From: Octopus sinensis
Lineage: Eukaryota
Assembly (NCBI RefSeq): GCF_006345805.1
Contig: NC_043017.1
Location: forward strand, 12,214,001 to 12,278,000
Length of the DNA: 64,000 nucleotides
Direction: 5' to 3'
Below the pieces are notes generated by a model that did no database searches, was not told where the DNA came from, and worked only from the letters and a program-made list of their open reading frames with translations. A program made the translations under genes and the position numbers. Of this stretch, positions 11,872-23,733 are shown in pieces. The stretch's first letter is position 1, and each line of letters starts with the position of its first letter.

Positions 11872-12269
11872 ATCTTTATATATAAAAGAGAGGTTGTGTG
11901 TCTGTCTCCTACGATTTAGATTCCTAACTACTCCCACATTTTGCGGTGCAATTTAACCAAAACCGGGTATCTTATAGTCGTGATTCATATCGAGCCCTTC
12001 TGGGTATTAGCGCGCGTCTACGATGAGTCTACGATTTTAAAAAAGTTTACCATCATTTTTTTCCATTTTAATGCATTTTTTCGATATTATATAAGGGAAG
12101 TAACTCTCTAAAAAGTCTACGATGAGTCAACGATTTAAAAAAAAATTTACCATCATTTTTTTCCATTTTTAATGCATTTTTTTTGCTATTTTTTTGCTAT
12201 AACTCTCTAAAAATGCTTATATAGTTATTTCCCTTACAAATCCGAGCAACGCCGGAGGATACTGCTAGT
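11872..12269 (-). mobile_element. Helentron/DINE-1-like element (copy 2, inverted)
   Basis: Reverse complement of 9574..9973. Confidence 0.6.
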
Positions 12270-12919
12270 ATGGGATAATTAAATTACATATTACGCACTT
12301 TATTGTATTTTGTTGTGTTCGTTAGCCCTCGGCCCGTGAGAAAATGCTCTGTGGGGGCCAAGAAAGGTCGATGACCGCTGATGTAAAAAAATAGACTTAA
12401 GTTGAGAGAACTTCAAAGACAGTATGAACCATAAGATCGCCAAAATATTTCTTTCTAATTTTGGCACAAGGCAAGATAGATCGTAAGCAACACGGAGTGG
12501 CCGACACCTTGCTCGTCTTTTTTATTGCGAGACAACAGACGTTCTTCTTCTCCAAGTTATGCACTTAGGAATCCGGCATTGGCCTATATAGTCACATGCG
12601 AATCCACCACACGTTACGTAGTTATCATTATTATCTCTTGAACGGCTCATCCTTAAGCGTGAAGGAGTGTGGTGTGTGCGTGTGTGCGTGTGTGTGTACA
12701 TACATACACTACACACATACATACAAATATATATATATTTATACGCAATTTTAAAATCGCTCCCACCTTTTCTCTCTCTCTCTGTCTGCCTGTCTTTCGC
12801 TGTCTCTCTCTCTCCCTCTATCTCTCTCTCTCCTCTCGGTCTCATGCGTACATTTAAATATTCATCTATGCATACATACGTACACACACATATACATGTA
12901 TACAGAGACATCTTACATC

Positions 12920-13464
12920 TATCTATAGATACATACACACATCCATACACACGCACACATACATACACACACACACATACATACATACATACACATACAT
13001 ACATACATACATACACACATACATACACACATACATACATACATACACACATACACACATACATACATACATACATACATACATACATACACACATTCAT
13101 ATACACATACATACACACATACATACATACATACACATACACACATACATACATACATACATACACACACATACATACATACATTCATATACACATACAT
13201 ACACACACATACATACATACACACACATACATACATACACACATACATACATAGACACACACACACACACATACACACACATACATGCACACATACATAC
13301 ATACATACATTCATATACACATACATACACACACATACATACATACATACATACACACACACATACATACATAGACACACACACACATACATACATACAT
13401 ACATACATACATACATACATACATACATACACACATACATACATACATACATACATACATACAT

Positions 13465-13532
<68 letters not shown>
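12920..13532. repeat. Compound (CATA)/(CA) microsatellite
   Basis: Read directly from the sequence. Confidence 0.95.
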
Positions 13533-13536
<4 letters not shown>

Positions 13537-14244
13537 CTGTGTTAAGTATATTCACTGGGAAACTACAAGAGTAACTCAAAGAGTCCAGAGCACCATTTTA
13601 CATTCCACTGCGTCAGTTTTTTTTTTCACACATGTCTTCACATACGTCACGCCACATGTAACACCAATCAGTTCTTACATAACATATGTTCATACAACCA
13701 TTTTGGTATCTTTACATTTTAAATTATTCTCTCTCTCACTCTCTCTCTCTCTTTTCTTCCTCTTTCTTCCACTCTCTCCCTCTCTTTTAATGTATTTATA
13801 TACGCTGGAGTGGCTGTGTGGTAAGTAGCTTGCTAACCAACCACATGGTTCCGGGTTCAGTCCCACTGCGTGGCATCTTGGGCAAATGTCTTCTGCTATA
13901 GCCACGGGCCGACCAATGCCTTGTGAGTGGATTTGGTAGACGGAAACTGAAAGAAGTCCGTCGAATATATGTATATATGTATATATATATATGTATGTGT
14001 GTGTCTGTGTTTGTCCCCCTAGCATTGCTTGACAACCGATGCTGGTGTGTTTACGTCCCCATCACTTAGCAGTTCGGCAAAAGATACCGATAGAATAAGT
14101 ACTGGGCTTACAAAGAATAAGTCCCGGGGTCGATTTGGTCGACTAAAGGCGGTGCTCCAGCATGGCCGCAGTCAAATGACTGAAACAAGTAAAAGAGTAA
14201 AAGAGTAAAGAGTAAGATTTAGGTGATAAAAACATGAGTATATA

Positions 14245-14666
14245 AGGACGGCGAGCTGGTAGAATCGTTAGCACGCCGGGCGAAATACTTAGCGGTATTT
14301 TGTCTGTCTTTACGTTCTGGGTTCAAATTCTGCCGAGGTCGACTTTGCCTTTCATCCTTTCGGGGTCGATAAATTAAGTACCAGTTACGCACTGGGATCG
14401 ATGTAATCGACTTAATACCTATGTCTGTCCTTGTTTGTTCCCTCTATGTTTAGCCCCTTGTGGGTAGTAAAGAAATAAGTATTTCGTCTGCCGTTACGTT
14501 ATGAGTTCAAATTCCGCCGAGGTCGACTTTGCCTTTCATCCTTTCGGGGTCGATAAATTTAGTACCAGTTACGCACTGGGGTCAATGTAATCGACTTAAT
14601 CCGTTTGTCTGTCCTTGTTTGTTTCCTCTATGTTTAGCCCCTTGTGGGCAATAAAGAAATAAAATA
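14245..14666 (+). mobile_element. SINE family B head-to-tail dimer
   Basis: Head GG(C/A)CGGCGAGCTGG.AGAATCGTTAGC and two GAGGTCGACTTTGCCTTTCATCC bodies. Single 17-bp TSD AAAAACATGAGTATATA. Confidence 0.85.
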
Positions 14667-14727
14667 AAAAACATGAGTATATATATTTCCGTATTATTAA
14701 TCAGCAGTGTGTGTGTGTATGTGTATT

Positions 14728-14950
14728 CAGTAGTCCCTCGACTATCTCGGGTGTTACGTTCTAAAACCTCCCACAGAAATAATTAAAATCTAAAAATATA
14801 TATATATATATATATAAATAAATATCTATCAGCCGTAGAAACCCGGATATACTGAGGAGACCGTGATATAAATTTAGATATATTAGCCAGAAAAATCCGC
14901 GATGTACTGAGTGCGCGATAGATGAACCGCGTTATGGCGATGAATTACTG
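14728..14950. mobile_element. pogo/Tigger-type MITE
   Basis: Ends CAGTAGTCCCTCGACTATC... and ...CCGCGTTATGGCGATGAATTACTG|TA. Confidence 0.6.
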
Positions 14951-15004
14951 TATATGTGTGTGCGTGCGCGCGTGAACACACACTCACACACGCGCGCGCG
15001 CATG

Positions 15005-15710
15005 TCAGGCTGAGTAAAAAGTAAGCAACGTTTTGAAACATGAAATTCATTCATCGCAATATATTTCAACAATCCGGAAATTTTATTCATCAATGTAAGT
15101 ACGTATTTCTTTATTACCCACAAGGGGCTAAACACGGAGGGTCAAACAAGGACAGACATAGGTATTAAGTCGATTACATCGATCCCAGTGCGGAACTGGT
15201 ACTTAATTTATCGACCCCGAAAGGATGAAAGGCAAAGTCGACCTCGGCGGAATTTGAACTCACAACGTAACGACAGACGAAATACCTATTTCTTTATTAG
15301 CCACAAGGGGCTAAACACAGAGCGGACAAACAAGGACAGACATAGGTATTAAGTCGATTACATCGATCCCAGTGCGAAACTGGTTCTTAATTTGTCGACC
15401 CCGAAAGGATGAAAGGCAAAGTCGACCTCGGCGGAATTTGAACTCACAACGTAACGACAGACGAAATACCGCTAAGCATTTCGCCCGGCGTGCTAACGTT
15501 TCTGCCAGCTCTCCACCTTCATCAATGTAAGTACCATTACCATCAACGCATTTTTGCCAACGAGTTACAAGCTTGTTTATTCCGATATCATAAAAATCTG
15601 GAATTCTGGAGCCGATGAACTCTGTGAACACACTTTCAGCCTCGGTTTGATTTTTTTTTTAACTCCTTCTCTCGCAGGTAGCAATCAAGGTGCTTGAAAA
15701 AGTGGTAATC
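15005..15710 (-). mobile_element. Mariner remnant (TIR plus transposase C-terminus), interrupted by a SINE dimer
   Basis: The minus strand reads DYHFFKHLD...(frameshift)...FTEFIGSRIPDFYDIGINKLVTRWQKCVDGNGTYIDE. The stop is restored on removing the SINE at 15103..15517. TIR-like TCAGGCTGAGTAAAAAGTAAGCAACG at 15005. Confidence 0.85.
15103..15517 (-). mobile_element. SINE family B dimer (inverted)
   Basis: 17-bp TSD TTCATCAATGTAAGTAC (15086..15102, 15518..15534). Confidence 0.85.
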
Positions 15711-15724
15711 GGTATGATTTCATG

Positions 15725-16119
15725 GGCGGCGAGCTGGTAGAATCGTTAGCACGCCGGGCGAAATGCTTAGCAGTATTTCGTCTGCCGCTACGTTCTGAGT
15801 TCAAATTCCGTCGAGGTCGACTTTGCCTTTCATCCTTTCGGGGTCGATTAAATAAGTACCAGTTATGCACTGGGGTCTATGTAATCGACTTAATCCGTTT
15901 GTCTGTCCTCTCTGTGTTTAGCCCATTGTGGGTAGTAAAGAAATAGGTATTTCGTCTGCCGCTGCGTTCTGAGTTCAAATTCCGCCGAGGTCGACTTTGC
16001 CTTTCATCCTTTCGGGGTCGATTAAATAAGTACCAGTTATGCACTGGGGTCGATATAATCGACTTAATCCGTTTGTCTGTCCTCTCTGTGTTTAGCCCCT
16101 TGTGGGTAGTAAAGAAATA
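15725..16119 (+). mobile_element. SINE family B dimer
   Basis: 14-bp TSD GGTATGATTTCATG (15711..15724, 16120..16133). Confidence 0.85.
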
Positions 16120-16719
16120 GGTATGATTTCATGGGTGAAGATACTTCTACATATCTGAACGGTTGTTCCGAAACCACAATTGTAACGCCATGCAAATTTT
16201 CTGATTTTGAAAAATATTCACAGAATAATCGATTTCCGCCCGTCCCTCACCGACTTAGATTTAAAATTTAGATTCTTGGAGGATTGTTCGAAATTCATTA
16301 GCTTTTTTGGGTTAGTCATAGTAATTAGGTAGAAGCAAGAGGCAGAGGTAAGAGGCTGCGTTCTAAAACATGAATTACCCAACCATTAATGTTTAGTGTT
16401 TATATTTGTTTATAGTTGTGTTGTTTATTTTTACATTTGTATACATTAATTGATTTAATGGAACAACGAACATAATTGTTAGAAATATGACATGCTAGAT
16501 AATATTATGGAAGTAGTTCATAATTATTGAGCACAGAATAAGTAGAAAGCATTGAAATTATTGCATGGAAACAATGTATGTGATTCGACATTACAACTCA
16601 AGGTCGATACCTTTTATGGAACACAACACAAACGCTTTAAAACGGGAAAGGTAGGAGAGGGTGAGAGACCATTTCTCTGAAACAAAGCGACATAATTTCC
16701 ATAGTTTGCTAGTTACATC

Positions 16720-16995
16720 GGGCTGAGAATCCACCAAGGGAATGTGTGCCAGAAGAAAGTAATTCAACAAGGCGGGTTGATAAACCATAAGACGTGTGGC
16801 CAGAACCCCCCGGAAAATAACCATAGCGAGGTTCATTCCACAGTTGAATTGGAACAGTCAAAAAGACTGATAGGCGTGAAGAGGACAAAGGTTAAGTGGC
16901 CGAAAGCAAATGACACAGCGAGTTATAAAAAATTTGACGACGAGGTAGCAAGAATGACCACCAAATTAGCAGGCGTCTCGCTTAAGTATCCTTGA
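16720..16995 (+). mobile_element. Decayed N-terminal fragment of a HERO/R2-group non-LTR element (tentative)
   Basis: CQK...GGLINHKT and VKWPKANDTASYKKFDDEV resemble the remembered CxCGK..RGLxIH and (I/V)KWPxAN...FDEDV motifs. Confidence 0.4.
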
Positions 16996-17200
16996 GATGT
17001 AACTAAAATTGTTAAATAAAACAATGAATTGTTATCATATATATATATAAAAAATCTCTTTCTTTCAGCAACTCAGATTTCTCTTCTGGAAAAATATGAG
17101 AAGTATTTTTTCAGTATTCGAAATCTTCACAGAATTTCTCTTCTTGAAAAACTAGCTTATCTCACGACGGAGGAGATTATCACTATATTCTAATCTAACA

Positions 17201-17472
17201 TTGTACTTACTTGTACTTGTACTTGTGACGGCGTTCACCCAGGGCGGGTTGAGCCGGCTTCTTCTCTGGTCCTAACGGCATCACGAACCATGGCCTCCCA
17301 AGCTCGACGGTCCTGCGCGAGGTCACTGGGAGATAGCGAGCCATTCGCGGTTCCATCTGCGCAGACCGACTACCTGCGGACCTGAGAGTTCTGAGAGGTC
17401 CTCCTTTATCGTCGTTGCCCAGGTCATCAGCTGCCCGCCCGTGCGTTTGCGCCAGCTGGGAAGTGGAGGTTC
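17201..17472 (-). mobile_element. 5'-truncated RTE-like LINE 3' end
   Basis: WRKRTGGQLMTW...DLAQDRRAWEAMVRDAV...* with one frameshift, followed by a (CAAGTA)n tail. Confidence 0.7.
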
Positions 17473-17527
17473 AATATTTTCTAAATTCTCGTTGTTAAAT
17501 TTTTTTATGGTCTAATTTTATTCACTC

Positions 17528-17806
17528 ACTAGCAGTATCGCCCGGCGTTGCTCGGGTTTGTAAGGGAAATAACTATATAAGCATTTTAGAGAGTTACTTC
17601 CCTTATATAATAGCAAAAAATGCATTAAAAATGGGAAAAAATGATGGTAATTTTTTTTTTAATCGTAGACTCATCGTAGACGCGCGCTAATACCCAGAAG
17701 GGCTCGATATGAATGACGACTATAAGATACCCCGCAAAATGTGGGAGTAGTTAGGAATCTAAATCGTAGGAGACAGACACACAACTTCACTTTTATATAT
17801 AAAGAT
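17528..17806 (+). mobile_element. Helentron/DINE-1-like element (copy 3, internally deleted)
   Basis: Same termini as copy 1 with internal segments missing. Confidence 0.6.
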
Positions 17807-17856
17807 ATCACAACCTTTATCATAACATGCTGCAAACTGGAAGATTTGTTTCCCCC

Positions 17857-17893
<37 letters not shown>

Positions 17894-18164
17894 CGACACT
17901 TGGTGAATTATGCAGTGATATTTTAGTACAAAGCTATTTAAAACGTTACTCTTTTTCTTGTTTCAGCCATGTGACTGCAGCCATACTGGAGCAATGCCTT
18001 AAAAGGTTTTAGTTGAAGAAATCGACCCCAGGACTTATTCTTTGTAAGCCTAGTACTTATTCTATCGGATATCTTTTGCCGAACCGCTAAGTTACGGGGA
18101 CGTAAACACACCAGCATCGGTTGTCAAGCGATGTTGGCGGGGGAGGACAAACACAGACACACAA

Positions 18165-18213
<49 letters not shown>

Positions 18214-18449
18214 CATATATACAATGAGCTTCTTTCAGTTTCCGTCTACCAAATCCACTCACAAGGCTTTGGTCGACCCGAGGCTATAGTAGAAGACACT
18301 TGCCCAAGGTGCCACGCAGCGGGACTGAACCTGGAACCATGTGGTTGGTAAGCAAGCTACTTACCACACAGCCACTCCTGTGCCTGTTTACCTTATGTAA
18401 ACTATTCTCTGTCAGTCTGTTCTTAATAACTCGGTTTCATAACTTGTTG

Positions 18450-18541
18450 AATATGAGTGGGTGTATAATATGAGTGGGTGTATAATATGAGTGGGTGTAT
18501 AATATGAGTGGGTGTATAATATGAGTGGGTGTATAATATGA
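18450..18541. repeat. 17-bp perfect tandem repeat, 5.4 units
   Basis: AATATGAGTGGGTGTAT repeated without a mismatch. Confidence 0.95.
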
Positions 18542-19281
18542 ATCAGCACAATCAATAAAACGGTGGTTCGTTGACTTTGCAAGTCATAGGAGTGACAGTG
18601 TGCTTAAGAAACTCGCTTTGTAACCACCTGATTTCGGGTTCAGTCCCGCTGCAGAGCACCTTGGTCAAGTGTCTTCTATAACCCCGGGCCGATTAATGTT
18701 TTGTGAGTAAATTTGGTATACGGAAACTGTATGGAAGCCTGTCGTATACATGTGTGTGTGTGTGTGTGTGTGTGGGTTTGTCAATCCCCTTCCGCTTCTG
18801 CTTGACAACCAGTATTGGTTCGTTTGCGTTCCCATAACTTAGCGGTTCGGCAAAAATAACTGATAGAATGAACATAATCTTCAAAAAAACAAACAAACAT
18901 AAGTAATGGAGTATCAAACAGTGCCCCAGCACGGCCGCAAACCAATAACTGCAACAAATAAAAGATAAATAATATACAAATAAATAGTTCTTTTTATTCT
19001 TTTATTCTTTTACTTGTTTCAGCCAATTGACTGCGGCCATGCTGGAGCACTGCCTTTTAGTCGAGCAAATCGACCCCGGGACTTATTCTTTGTAAGCCTA
19101 GTACTTATTCTATCGGATTTATTTTGCCGAACTGCTATGTTACAGATACATAAACACACCAGCATCAGTTGTCAAGCGACGCTGTGAGGAGGACAAACAG
19201 ATACACACACACACACATATACGACGTAATTTTTCTTTTGATGTTAGATCTTCTCAAATTACAACTACTTAGACCAGAGAT

Positions 19282-19625
19282 GTGGAAGCACTCCGTCGGT
19301 TACGACGACGAGGGTTCCGGTTGATCCGAATCAACGGAACAGCCTGCTCGTGAAATTAACGTAGTTCTCGGGGATATTCAGCGTGACACAGAGAGTGACA
19401 AGGCCGGCCCTTTGAAATACAGGTACAACAGAAACAGGAAGTAAGAGTGAGAGAAAGTTGTGGTGAAAGAGTACAGCAGGGATCACCACCATCCCCTGCC
19501 GGAGCCTCGTGGAGCTTTTTAGGTGTTTTGGCTCAATAAACACTCACAACGCCCGGTCTGGGAATCGAAACCGCGATCCTACGACCGTGAGTCCGCTGCC
19601 CTAACCACTGGGCCATTGCGCCTCC
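19282..19625 (-). mobile_element. tRNA-derived SINE, family C (internal deletion)
   Basis: 15-bp TSD ACTTAGACCAGAGAT (19267..19281, 19626..19640). Confidence 0.85.
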
Positions 19626-20167
19626 ACTTAGACCAGAGATAGCCAATGAATAGCACTTAAACCAATAATGGCACCCTCCGTAATTAGAAGGTTTACAATT
19701 AAAGAAACCGTCCAAAATTGTTCAATGCTCGTTTGATGTTTGTTTGATCTTGAGGCGGCAATCAGCGCCAATTGTCTTCTGTTTGTAACTAATGAGTTTA
19801 CAGTTTAACATTCTTCCGCTACGGAATTGTGTTTTGTTTTTTGTATTTTTTTTGTGGGTATTTGCGGCTTTATGCTTTTTTTTCTTTTTTTTTTTGCGAA
19901 AATTAAATTATTGTTTTATTTTACTCATCACACTGAAATACAGAGTGCGTGTGAGTGTGTTTATGAGTGTGCTTGTGAGAGAGACAGACAGACAGAAAGA
20001 TAGATAAGTAGATAAATACATTGGGAGAGACTGAGACAGACAGACAGAGAGAAAGAGAGAGAGACACACACACACAAACATACAGAGACAGACAGATAGG
20101 TAGATAGATAGACAATAGGTAGACAGACAGATAGATAGGTAGACAGATAGGTAGATAGATAGAGAGA

Positions 20168-20224
<57 letters not shown>

Positions 20225-21879
20225 AAGACAAACGTCAGGTGAAAAGTAAATGCGAATGCAGCGAATAGTGGGAAAATTAGCTGCTATTTATAGCGGGTCC
20301 TTCAGGAAAACCGTTGCACATTGTGCAAATAGTTTCTCAAATAGACACAAGATATGATATCTTACTCCCTATATTACACAATAAATGTGAAATCAGACTT
20401 AAAACAGGAGGAAAACTGACGTTAGAGTTTGAGTCTGAGTTATGGAATCAGTGAGTGGAGAAGAAAGAACAAATTAAAAGAAGAAAATGTCTTCGTTGAA
20501 AGAAATTGTGACCTTGTCCTGCGAAATTGCTTTAAAGTTGTCAAAAGCGAGATGGCAGAATCGTTAGCACGCCGGGCGAAATGCGTAGCGGTATTTCATC
20601 ACCTCTTTACGCTCTGAGTTCAAATTCCGCCGTGGGCGACTTTACCTTTCATTCTTTCGGAGTCGATAAATTAAGTACCAGTAACCATCTCTTATGGAGA
20701 AGGAATTGTTGGGCCTTGTCTCTGAATATATTGCAAGATGTCTTGGTGATAAAAATTATTGATTTCAAATTTTGACACAAGGCCAGCAATTTGTGGGAGG
20801 GGATAAGACGATTAAGCCTACCCCAGGACTCAACTTGTACTTATTATATCGACTCCAAGAGGATGAAAGGTAAAGTTGACCTCGGCGAAATTTGAACTAA
20901 GAACGTTAACGGACGAAGTTTCTCTAAGCATTTTGCCCGGCGTGCTAACGATTCTGCCAGTTCACCGACTACTTTTAAAAGTTGCCAGCTGGCAACTTCA
21001 TATTTATATTGACAGTGCTCTGCCGATGGTCGATAAGGCCTGCGAGAATATGGTAAGTAGCTTGCTTACGAACCACATGGCTTACAAACAATAACTCCTG
21101 GGGTCGATTTGCTTGACTAAAGGCGTGCTCCAGCATTGCCGCAGTCAAATGACTGAAACAAGTAAAAAAGTAAAAGAGTTATGGCTGGTCATAGAGTGAC
21201 CATTGATTTGGCACCTATTAAGAAGCACTTAATACAGACGACTGGTCTTGACAAATATGTATGTATAAGGCGAAGAGCTGGAAGAAACGTTAGCACACCG
21301 GGCGAAATGCTTAGTAGTATTTCGTCTGTCTTTACATTCTGAGTTCAAATTTCGCTGAGGTCGACTTTGCCTTTTATCCTTTCGGGGTCGATTAAATAAG
21401 TACCAGTTACATAGTGGAGTCGATGTTATCGACTTAATCCCTTTGTCTGTCCTTATTTGTCCCCTCGTTTCTTAGCCCCCTGTGGGCAATAAAGAAATAA
21501 ATATTTTTAGGAAGTTAAAAATTATGGCTGGTCATAGAGTGACCATTGGTTTGGCACCTATATAGCGCTTAACAGTACAGGCGACTGGTCTTGACGAATA
21601 TGTATGTATGTCATTATGCAGTTTTATTTCAAGATTTCTTGCCAACAGAGAAAGAGCCGGTTTCTAAGCTAGATCTAAGGCTTCTTCATTGGAATTTCAA
21701 CATCACCCACAAGGTATTTTTGTATGTATGTATATGTTCAGATTTGTACATTTTGTTTTATGTATGTCTTCTCATGCATAGACATGCTCATATATATTTA
21801 AAACATCCATTGCCCTCAGAGTGGGAGCTGACGTATGCATGGGTTTGAGCAGTCGTTGTGACAAGCTCCTCGACTCCTT

Positions 21880-22208
21880 GCCTGGGACGTCACAGTTAGC
21901 GACTCCTTTGCTTCTTGTCACATCCTGGATGTTGCGACCAGAGCGAGATCACAGCTTCTGCAGCCGAGCGGAACAAAATCCTAAAGCATCGCGATCTGTC
22001 GGTCAACAACATTTTCCATCTTGTGGCGTTTCAAAACGTTTCGTTGGGGGTCGGACAACTGACTGCGAGATTCCTGTCTTCATTGGCAGCTCGCATAGCA
22101 GAGGTAACTAGTGAAGCTCATGAGGGTGCTTTGTTGTACCCGTGCATCAACCTCACCACCAGACTCGGCAATGCTGCAAACATGCTGGTGTGCCTCAATA
22201 ATCATTAG
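21880..22208 (+). mobile_element. Decayed restriction-like endonuclease domain of a CRE-like non-LTR retrotransposon
   Basis: AWDVTVSDSFAS...(frameshift)...AAERNKILKH...FHLVAF...FLSSLAARI...RLGNAA resembles the WDxTxxD / AExxKxxKY / QRGNAA pattern. Confidence 0.65.
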
Positions 22209-22215
22209 AGAGGTT

Positions 22216-22598
22216 GGATCTTTTCCTTTTGAACGGCACTTTGTAACATAATTTCTTGGTAACTAAAAAGTTTTAAACTTCGTTTACTGGTAGAGTTAGG
22301 GGTGGGGGAAGGGTATCTTTTTTTCTTCACAAATGTAAATAAACCCAATCTGTTTCTTAAAGGAGGGACATATTCATTATGCACAGACTGTTATTTACCT
22401 AAATGGACGCCAGTGATTGGTTAAAATTGCCGAAATGCTCGAAATTAAAGACGAAATATGTTACAACATATAGAATTTTCTCAATAAAGCCAAGAAAAAA
22501 TGATGTTTTATAAACACATTCTACCAGTATACGAAGTTTAAAAGTGTTTAGTTAACTAGAAATTGTGTTGAAAAGTGCCGTTCAAAAGGAAAAGATCC
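22216..22598. mobile_element. 383-bp MITE with about 79-bp TIRs starting GGATC and 8-bp TSD (Merlin-like, second family)
   Basis: GGATCTTTTCCTTTTGAACGGCACTTT is a perfect 27-bp inverted repeat at both ends. TSD GAGAGGTT at 22208..22215 and 22599..22606. Confidence 0.88.
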
Positions 22599-23313
22599 GA
22601 GAGGTTTCCCAGCACCCCAAAATTTTCAACCTAATTCAAATTGCTTTGTTTTTTTGGGTGTTTTTTTGTGTTTATTGTTTTGTAATTTATTCAATTATAT
22701 TCTCTTTTTCGTCCATTTTTCTAATTTAATTTTTTCCCTACATTATGTCATATGTAATTGAGAATTATTGTTTAAATAAATAAAGTGGGTAGGAGTTGTG
22801 AGGTTTTTTTACCTTCTTTTCTTCCTTTTCCGTAATTTTCCTGTTTTGACATTATTCGGAAATATTGAAAATATTTTTTTCGGATTTACATTTTAAAAAG
22901 TTAAATACACTTTTGAGGAATCTTGATCTTACATATTTAAAACAGGTATTTGAAAAAACATTTTCTAACGAAAGTCAAACCTGAAAAATTACGGAAAGTG
23001 AATCGGAAAGGAGAAATATGAAAAAAAAAAAAAAAAACACCCATCAATTTTTTATTTTAATTTATCAATTTTTTATTTTAATTTATTTTAATTTCTATTT
23101 TTGGAGAATCTTAAGTTACGGTGCTTAAAACAGTCTTCAGAAGAAATTCTGGATCGAGTTAATTTTATTCGGTCCAAATAATTTTTGACTGTATTCTATA
23201 GGAATGCCTGTACACACACGCACGCACACACGCACGCACACACACGTACACCCACATATATATACACACACACATACGTATGTGTGTATGCATATATGTA
23301 TGTGTGTGTGTGT

Positions 23314-23374
<61 letters not shown>

Positions 23375-23610
23375 CACGCACATACACACATATATATATA
23401 TATATATACACCCACACACACACACATATATATACACGCACACACACAAACACGCTAAGAATTTCGGAGTGGCAGCAAGAAAAAACACTGCTTTAATAAC
23501 AATAATGATAATAATAGTAATATTTAAAAAAAAAAAATATATAAAAACAAAAAACAAAAAAATCATCTTAACCTTGACCTTTGTAAAAGTAAAAATATAT
23601 AAATATAAAA

Positions 23611-23733
23611 CGCATGCGCAGTACACTTTTTTTCATCATTAACAAGGGAGATAAATATTATATAACTTCCGGTATTACTCCCCCTTCCTTCTACTGTCGG
23701 CTCCAAGAAAACCAAAAGACAAACATTGACGAG
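23611..23733 (+). promoter_or_regulatory. Candidate COP1 promoter and short non-coding first exon
   Basis: CGCATGCGCA (NRF1-type, 23611..23620) and ACTTCCGGT (ETS/GABP-type, 23665..23673) are followed by a pyrimidine-rich stretch and a donor GAG|GTATCT at 23733/23734. Confidence 0.45.

Noticed and set aside
20284-20293. CTATTTATAG, a perfect MEF2-type site
   Set aside because: An AT-rich 10-mer is expected by chance in this composition, with no supporting context.
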